A stretch of 64,000 bases of DNA, taken from the NCBI GenBank assembly GCA_019637995.1, contig JAHBUQ010000002.1:1368423-1432422 (forward strand). Reading direction: 5' to 3'. The stretch's first letter is position 1. Each line of letters starts with the position of its first letter. The position numbers and the translations under genes were made by a program. Shown here in pieces: positions 58,387 through 64,000 of this stretch. The stretch is from Ignavibacteriota bacterium. Its GTDB lineage: Bacteria; Bacteroidota; Ignavibacteria; Kapaibacteriales; UBA2268. The notes beneath the pieces were generated by a model. It ran no database searches, was not told the DNA's origin, and worked only from the letters and a program-made list of their open reading frames with translations.

Positions 58387-59652
58387 ATGAATGTAAATAC
58401 AATCAAACGTGTCATTGCCGACCAAACTGAGGAACTTAAATTCCCCAGTACTCAAAAATTTATAGTTCGGGATTTACTTGATTATGCTAAAAGCTTGCTC
58501 GACGAGAAAATTATCAAAGTTGTAACCGGTGTAAGAAGGTGTGGCAAAAGTACATTTTGTCATCAGTTATTGAATGGGAAAAAGTACGCATACTTAAATT
58601 TTGATGATGAACGTTTAATTGGACTGACATCTGAGGATTTGGATTCGATTCTTGAAAATCTATTAATTCATACAACAAAGCCTGAGTATCTGTTCTTCGA
58701 TGAAATACAGAATGTTCATGGATGGGAACTTTTTGTTAATCGCTTGAGCAGACAGGGTTACAATATCATTCTTACATGCAGCAATGGAAAGATGCTCAGT
58801 CGTGAACTTGCTACTCATTTGACTGGGAGGCATGTTCAAGTTGAAATGTTCCCTTTCTCTTTCAATGAATTTCTGAGATTTAAAAATGCCGAACAATTTT
58901 CCGGAAATATATTTTCCACAACACAAGTTTCACAAATCAAGTCATTTCTGGAGGAATATATTGAATTTGGCGGATTTCCTGAAGTTGAAAATAATGCTAA
59001 TAAAAAAAGATACTTGCGGGACTTGTACGATAAAGTTATACTTCGCGATATTGTCGAAAGATATAATATAAGAGATATTGCACTTCTCAAAGAGCTTGCA
59101 ATACTGCTTTTGAATTATTTCAGTTCATTGTTCACATATAACAAGTTAAGTAATTCCTTAAATGCCGGTAGTGTAAATACGATTAAAGAATTTACTATTT
59201 ACCTTGAAGATACCTATTTATTAAATTATGTAAGCAAATTTTCATTCAAATTAAAAGAGGAAATTCGCAATCCCCGCAAAGTATATTGTATTGATACCGG
59301 AATGATTTCATCTTTGGGAACATCATTAACACCAAACATTGGCAGAAAAATTGAAAATCTTGTTTTTTTGCATGAAAGACGCAAAAGTAATAAAATCAAC
59401 TATTTCTCAGATGGTAAATCTGAAGTTGATTTTGTTATTACTGATGAAAGAAATAGATTAACACTCATTCAGGTAGCTTACAATATATCAGATTCCGAAA
59501 CTTACCGCAGAGAAATCGATTCACTGGTTAATGCTGCAAAACATTTAAAGCCCCAGAAAATATTATTGATCAATGAGGATAGAGAGGATATAGTTATTAT
59601 TAAGGATATTGAGATAAATATAATTCCCTTATGGAAATATTTGACGGTTTAA
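58387..59652 (+). CDS. AAA+ ATPase (AAA_14-type) with C-terminal DUF4143 domain
   Basis: Walker A VTGVRRCGKSTF, Walker B LFFDEIQ; 421 aa architecture typical of the widespread AAA_14/DUF4143 ATP-binding proteins. Confidence 0.75.
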   Translation: MNVNTIKRVIADQTEELKFPSTQKFIVRDLLDYAKSLLDEKIIKVVTGVRRCGKSTFCHQLLNGKKYAYLNFDDERLIGLTSEDLDSILENLLIHTTKPEYLFFDEIQNVHGWELFVNRLSRQGYNIILTCSNGKMLSRELATHLTGRHVQVEMFPFSFNEFLRFKNAEQFSGNIFSTTQVSQIKSFLEEYIEFGGFPEVENNANKKRYLRDLYDKVILRDIVERYNIRDIALLKELAILLLNYFSSLFTYNKLSNSLNAGSVNTIKEFTIYLEDTYLLNYVSKFSFKLKEEIRNPRKVYCIDTGMISSLGTSLTPNIGRKIENLVFLHERRKSNKINYFSDGKSEVDFVITDERNRLTLIQVAYNISDSETYRREIDSLVNAAKHLKPQKILLINEDREDIVIIKDIEINIIPLWKYLTV

Positions 59653-59703
59653 ATTGGTAGAGAAGTTAAGAAATTGGTTATGCATAGCATTGAAGCAGGA
59701 TAA

Positions 59704-59808
59704 TCATCCCTGTTTGACGGCAGTATCAGAATCAAAATTTCCCACCTGCCCACTGGTGTATATTTCATGAGGGTCGGTAATAAAATGGAGAAATTTGTGA
59801 AGATTTAA
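59704..59808 (+). pseudogene. second remnant of a T9SS CTD 3' end (34 codons, no start), ~85% identical in DNA to 58070..58145
   Basis: Reads SSLFDGSIRIKISHLPTGVYFMRVGNKMEKFVKI* and begins right after an in-frame stop; followed by its own hairpin ggactccac-tacggaa-gtggagtcc at 59821..59845. Confidence 0.55.
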
Positions 59809-59820
59809 CTTAAGATAGTT

Positions 59821-59845
59821 GGACTCCACTACGGAAGTGGAGTCC
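59821..59845 (+). terminator. GC-rich hairpin downstream of CTD remnant
   Basis: 9-bp perfect stem with 7-nt loop; weak T-run, so terminator function is uncertain. Confidence 0.3.
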
Positions 59846-60000
59846 ATCTGTATAAAATCAGATATTTAGCTACAATCGAAAGGAATTTAATAAATTTACA
59901 GAATGTTTGATATAGTCTGTAACCATTTTATATTTTCCTTCGTCATAGTTTAAAATTTAATGCTGAATAATATTTAAACAAATTATTTTTGGGGTTATTT

Positions 60001-60801
60001 ATGAAATTATTTGTTATTACTTTAATCGGATTGATAATAGTGGCATGTCACACTCCTCGCCCTTTATCAAAATTAAAAGTCACTGATGAAGAGAAAATAT
60101 CATGGTGGCAAGGGAGTCAGGTTGTTTCGATGGACTATTATGGCTTACTTACACAAATAACCTATCTGGAGAGCACTCCTGAATTTTATATATTTCATGT
60201 CAGTGCAATAAACAAATCGGATGTAACTTATATGATTGACCCGGCAGAATTTGTATTTGATATTGATAAATTCAGAGATGCAAGTTTAGTCAAGTACGCC
60301 GATGGTAAATATCTGGATACTACATCCGATGACAGATTTGTAAAAGTAATTAATATGCGAACCCGTTATTATGCAATCAATCCTGAGCTTCAAATACTTC
60401 AAATCGAACACAATATTTCGAGAAGTGATGCTGAGTTAAGAAATGCGGTAGCAAGGCAAGTTGTAGGTGAAATAATTTCAACAACAGCAGATGTAGCTGC
60501 GGCTGTAAAATCAGATGATACACCCGAAGCGAGGCTTGACCGAAGCATTCAGCGTGCCGACAGACATGAATACTACAGAAGTGATCTCGATAGTCGTTCA
60601 AATGATATCGAATCATCGAAGATGGTGAAGAATGTATGGGCTAATGAAACGCTCAGAAAAACTACTCTTTATCCGAATTATGAAGTTGGCGGACTAGTGT
60701 TTTTTAAGAGAAATGATGCTATAGCTGAAATGACGTTCAATTTTAAAATTCAAAATATTGATAATTTTGTAAAATATCAGCAGTATATATATCTACCTTA
60801 G
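60001..60801 (+). CDS. hypothetical lipoprotein
   Basis: MKLFVITLIGLIIVAC lipobox-like signal; no recognisable domain; ATG 60001 preferred over ORF-track start 59989. Confidence 0.45.
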   Translation: MKLFVITLIGLIIVACHTPRPLSKLKVTDEEKISWWQGSQVVSMDYYGLLTQITYLESTPEFYIFHVSAINKSDVTYMIDPAEFVFDIDKFRDASLVKYADGKYLDTTSDDRFVKVINMRTRYYAINPELQILQIEHNISRSDAELRNAVARQVVGEIISTTADVAAAVKSDDTPEARLDRSIQRADRHEYYRSDLDSRSNDIESSKMVKNVWANETLRKTTLYPNYEVGGLVFFKRNDAIAEMTFNFKIQNIDNFVKYQQYIYLP

Positions 60802-60975
60802 TTTTAACCCGAATTTTTCATTAGTAATAATAAGTGAATTACAGAAACCAAAGGAGTGGCATTCGCATTATTTTTTTATACAAATTTAATGGATTCAGTT
60901 GGTTTTTGTGGGTTTCCGACGGTTTAATTACTTCTATACTCCTACAGAATTGAAATCCAAAAATCTATGCAAAAA

Positions 60976-61011
60976 ACCTTCCGAAGTTTTAAAAACTTTG
61001 GAAGGTTTTTT
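60976..61011 (-). terminator. rho-independent terminator after dsbD-like gene (accttccgaagttt...aaactttggaaggt + T6)
   Basis: ~12-bp stem, 5-nt loop, T-run on both strand senses; the ccttccgaag stem arm shares the core ttccgaag with the hairpin at 58241. Confidence 0.55.
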
Positions 61012-61027
61012 GCAATTTTCCAATTTA

Positions 61028-63016
61028 TTACATCCCTTCTGCTTTTTTCAGAAAGTCAATAAATTCCTGCTCGTCGCGTGTGAATGCTTTGGTCGCAATC
61101 ACTTTTTCATTATTGTCAAGAATGACATAAAGCGGTAGGTCAATCGAGCCGTATTTGTCTTGTTGCATCTTACGGTTAGCAAGTTCGCTTTCCTTTCTGC
61201 TGTCTGTGTATAGCTTGACTTTGACCATAGTATTCATTAACATATCAACTTTTGTGCGAGTGAACATATTCATTTCCATCCAGCGGCAGTTGGTGCATTG
61301 CCAGCCGGTAAAGTCCACAAATAGTGGTTTGCCGAGACGCTTGGATACTTCGAGTGCTGTGTCATAATCTTTATACCAAGTCGTAAGTTCAGTTGTAGCA
61401 ACTGCACCTGCTCCACCAAAACCTGCTGAAACTGAACCTGCCGGGACGCCGTAATCTTTTGGAGGCATAAAGGCATCAAGCTCACCAAGCGGCTTACCAA
61501 GAAGACCTGTGAAGAACCAAACAGTAATTGCTCCAAAGAATATAGCTACCATAATTCTTGTAGCACTAACTCCATTAACCGGGCTGTCGTGCGAAAGACG
61601 GAAAATTCCGAGAATATAAAGAGTGGTTAACGTGGTAACAATAATCCAGATTGCTATAAACAAATCACGTGTGATGACCTCGAACGACCAGAATAAATCT
61701 GCATTGCTGAAGAATTTAACAGCGGCGGCGATTTCGATAAATCCCATCACGACTTTGATGTTGTTCATCCATCCTCCCGCTTTTGGGAGTTTCGTCATAA
61801 ATGATGGAAACAGTGCTAATAGGAAAAATGGCAAGGCGAATACTGTGGAAAATCCGAGCATTCCTAAAATTGGATAGAACCATTCACCTGAGCTTACCGA
61901 AATCAGCGATGAACCAACGAAAGGCACAGTACATGTAAATGAGGTTAATGAAAAAACAAGTCCCATAACCAATACACTGCCGATTCCGTCACCCTGACCT
62001 TTTGAATTTAGTTTGTTCATTAGTCCGGTAGGAAGTTGAATTTCAAAAGCACCAAATAAATTCAATGCAAATACCACAAATACAGTTGCTATGCCAAGAT
62101 TTACCCATCCGTTTGTAGCAAGACTTGAAATGCCTGTCGGACCGAAAACAGCTGCAACAATCACACCGATTGCAGTAAAAGTTGATATAATACCCAATGA
62201 ATAAACTAAGGAATCCCGTAATCCCTTGCCTTTAGTTTTCTCGGCACGTTTTGTGAAGAATGAAACAGTAATCGGAATCATTGGAAATACACATGGAGTG
62301 AGCAAAGAAATTGCACCCATCAGCATCGAAAACCATATGAAAGAGAAAATACCTTCACTCTTTTTCTGGTCCATAAGCTCTGTAGCTTCGGTCTTTTGGA
62401 CAGCATCTTTTGCATCTGCAGTTTTCTCATTTGTATCGCCTACATATACTGATACCGGATAGCCGTCATCCCCATAGCTTATCGAGAGTTCAACTTTATC
62501 ATCAATCATTGCATCAGAGTATTCAAAAGTTTCAGAAGTCAAAACAGTTGGAAAATCAGCACCGGGAAGACATCTTACTGTATCGCACAATTGAAGATAA
62601 AGAACAACTGATATTTTTTCTTTGCTGAAATCAATATTTTCTTTTGCTGTCAGAGGAAGAATTATTTCACCGACTTCATAAGCTTCAATGTCCATTTCAA
62701 AGCCTTGGTCGTATTTGATTTTTGGCTTAGAAACAAATGCTTTGGAAATAATTTCAAATTTATCTTTCGGATCAATTGAAATTTCAGTTGGAGTTGGACC
62801 TATTCCTTCCGGACTGATAACTTGGATAAAACCATAGGTGTACCAATGTTCATCAAGACTGAAGTTGATTTTAATATAGAAATTGTCACCCGCAGATACG
62901 TTAGCAGCTGAAGTTTGAGCTGAAATTCTAATATGATTTGTTTCATCTGCTATCACAAAACTTGTCATTAACAGAATTGATACAAACCAAATTAATAAGG
63001 CTTTTCTCATCATCAA
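61028..63016 (-). CDS. dsbD: thiol:disulfide interchange protein DsbD (N-terminal periplasmic domain, TM core, C-terminal thioredoxin domain)
   Basis: TM core with LTPCVFPMIP Cys; C-terminal thioredoxin fold with WQCTNC CxxC; signal peptide. Confidence 0.8.
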   Translation of the reverse strand: MMMRKALLIWFVSILLMTSFVIADETNHIRISAQTSAANVSAGDNFYIKINFSLDEHWYTYGFIQVISPEGIGPTPTEISIDPKDKFEIISKAFVSKPKIKYDQGFEMDIEAYEVGEIILPLTAKENIDFSKEKISVVLYLQLCDTVRCLPGADFPTVLTSETFEYSDAMIDDKVELSISYGDDGYPVSVYVGDTNEKTADAKDAVQKTEATELMDQKKSEGIFSFIWFSMLMGAISLLTPCVFPMIPITVSFFTKRAEKTKGKGLRDSLVYSLGIISTFTAIGVIVAAVFGPTGISSLATNGWVNLGIATVFVVFALNLFGAFEIQLPTGLMNKLNSKGQGDGIGSVLVMGLVFSLTSFTCTVPFVGSSLISVSSGEWFYPILGMLGFSTVFALPFFLLALFPSFMTKLPKAGGWMNNIKVVMGFIEIAAAVKFFSNADLFWSFEVITRDLFIAIWIIVTTLTTLYILGIFRLSHDSPVNGVSATRIMVAIFFGAITVWFFTGLLGKPLGELDAFMPPKDYGVPAGSVSAGFGGAGAVATTELTTWYKDYDTALEVSKRLGKPLFVDFTGWQCTNCRWMEMNMFTRTKVDMLMNTMVKVKLYTDSRKESELANRKMQQDKYGSIDLPLYVILDNNEKVIATKAFTRDEQEFIDFLKKAEGM

Positions 63017-63332
63017 ATTACCTATTTAATATACGAATTTTAAAAATTATAAAATTTAACAAATTAAAATATATATTGCTAAAGACGAATATAGTGCAAA
63101 TGTGTTTGAACTTTCTTAGTAACGTATATGATAGATTATATTTTTTTAATATTAAAGTTAAACAGAGTATCATTCATTAATTAATACACACTAAACATAA
63201 TTTTAATAAAACCTATCCAAGTTTTTGGTTTTTAATGACTTAAAATGACTTTTAAATTTTTTTTAATCAAATAAATTGCTTATTTTAGAATTGTTTTAAA
63301 TTACTAATTTTGTAAAATTAATTGAGTACTAA

Positions 63333-64000
<668 letters not shown>

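Noticed and set aside
60899-61138. 79-aa + strand ORF between the lipoprotein gene and the dsbD-like gene
   Set aside because: Overlaps the dsbD 3' end and the terminator hairpin; no domain; likely spurious.

Overview
This is a 64-kb window from an AT-rich bacterial genome. The lineage is most likely an FCB-group organism (Bacteroidota/Ignavibacteriota/Chlorobiota-like), because at least four proteins end in T9SS/Por-type C-terminal sorting domains. Several genes carry Shine-Dalgarno-like AGGAG/GGAGA motifs, which argues somewhat against classical Bacteroidia; this is an inference. I can support about 58 protein-coding genes. I found no rRNA, tRNA, CRISPR array, integrase or transposase.

Housekeeping and metabolic genes:
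- uvrB
- a transaldolase/Fsa-family aldolase
- pdxH
- a class I/II aminotransferase
- a crotonase
- paaABCD (1,2-phenylacetyl-CoA epoxidase core without paaE)
- the start of a pyruvate:ferredoxin oxidoreductase
- a NagZ-like GH3 enzyme

Envelope and redox genes:
- a TonB-dependent receptor
- a large LptD-like outer-membrane protein
- a Wza-like polysaccharide exporter
- DsbD
- a TlpA-like oxidoreductase
- a Cu-type P1B ATPase

Signalling genes:
- two hybrid histidine kinases; the large one has a degenerate H-box
- a LuxR-type response regulator
- ArsR
- an XRE regulator
- a region-4-only sigma-like protein

Accessory or unusual content:
- a solitary MmeI-like Type IIG restriction-modification enzyme
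- an ars-like permease/thioredoxin/CcdA operon, bounded at 31015-31431 by arsR and split by a hicBA toxin-antitoxin pair
- an orphan MNT nucleotidyltransferase next to a truncated AraC-type gene
- a five-gene minus-strand cluster: sigma-like protein, OMP, TlpA-like protein, two paralogous Cys-rich secreted proteins
- a 69-bp duplication of that OMP gene's 5' end
- G8 and C7 homopolymer tracts
- a DUF4143 AAA ATPase gene flanked by decayed copies of a T9SS C-terminal domain 3' end, each with its own hairpin
- a VTC/DUF4956/outer-membrane-protein module of unknown function

I see no single blockbuster novel system. The strongest candidates for follow-up are the Cys-rich paralog/TlpA/OMP/sigma-like cluster, the Type IIG enzyme, the pseudo-kinase, and the repeat-flanked ATPase. 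All domain calls come from motif recognition by eye; nothing was searched against a database.
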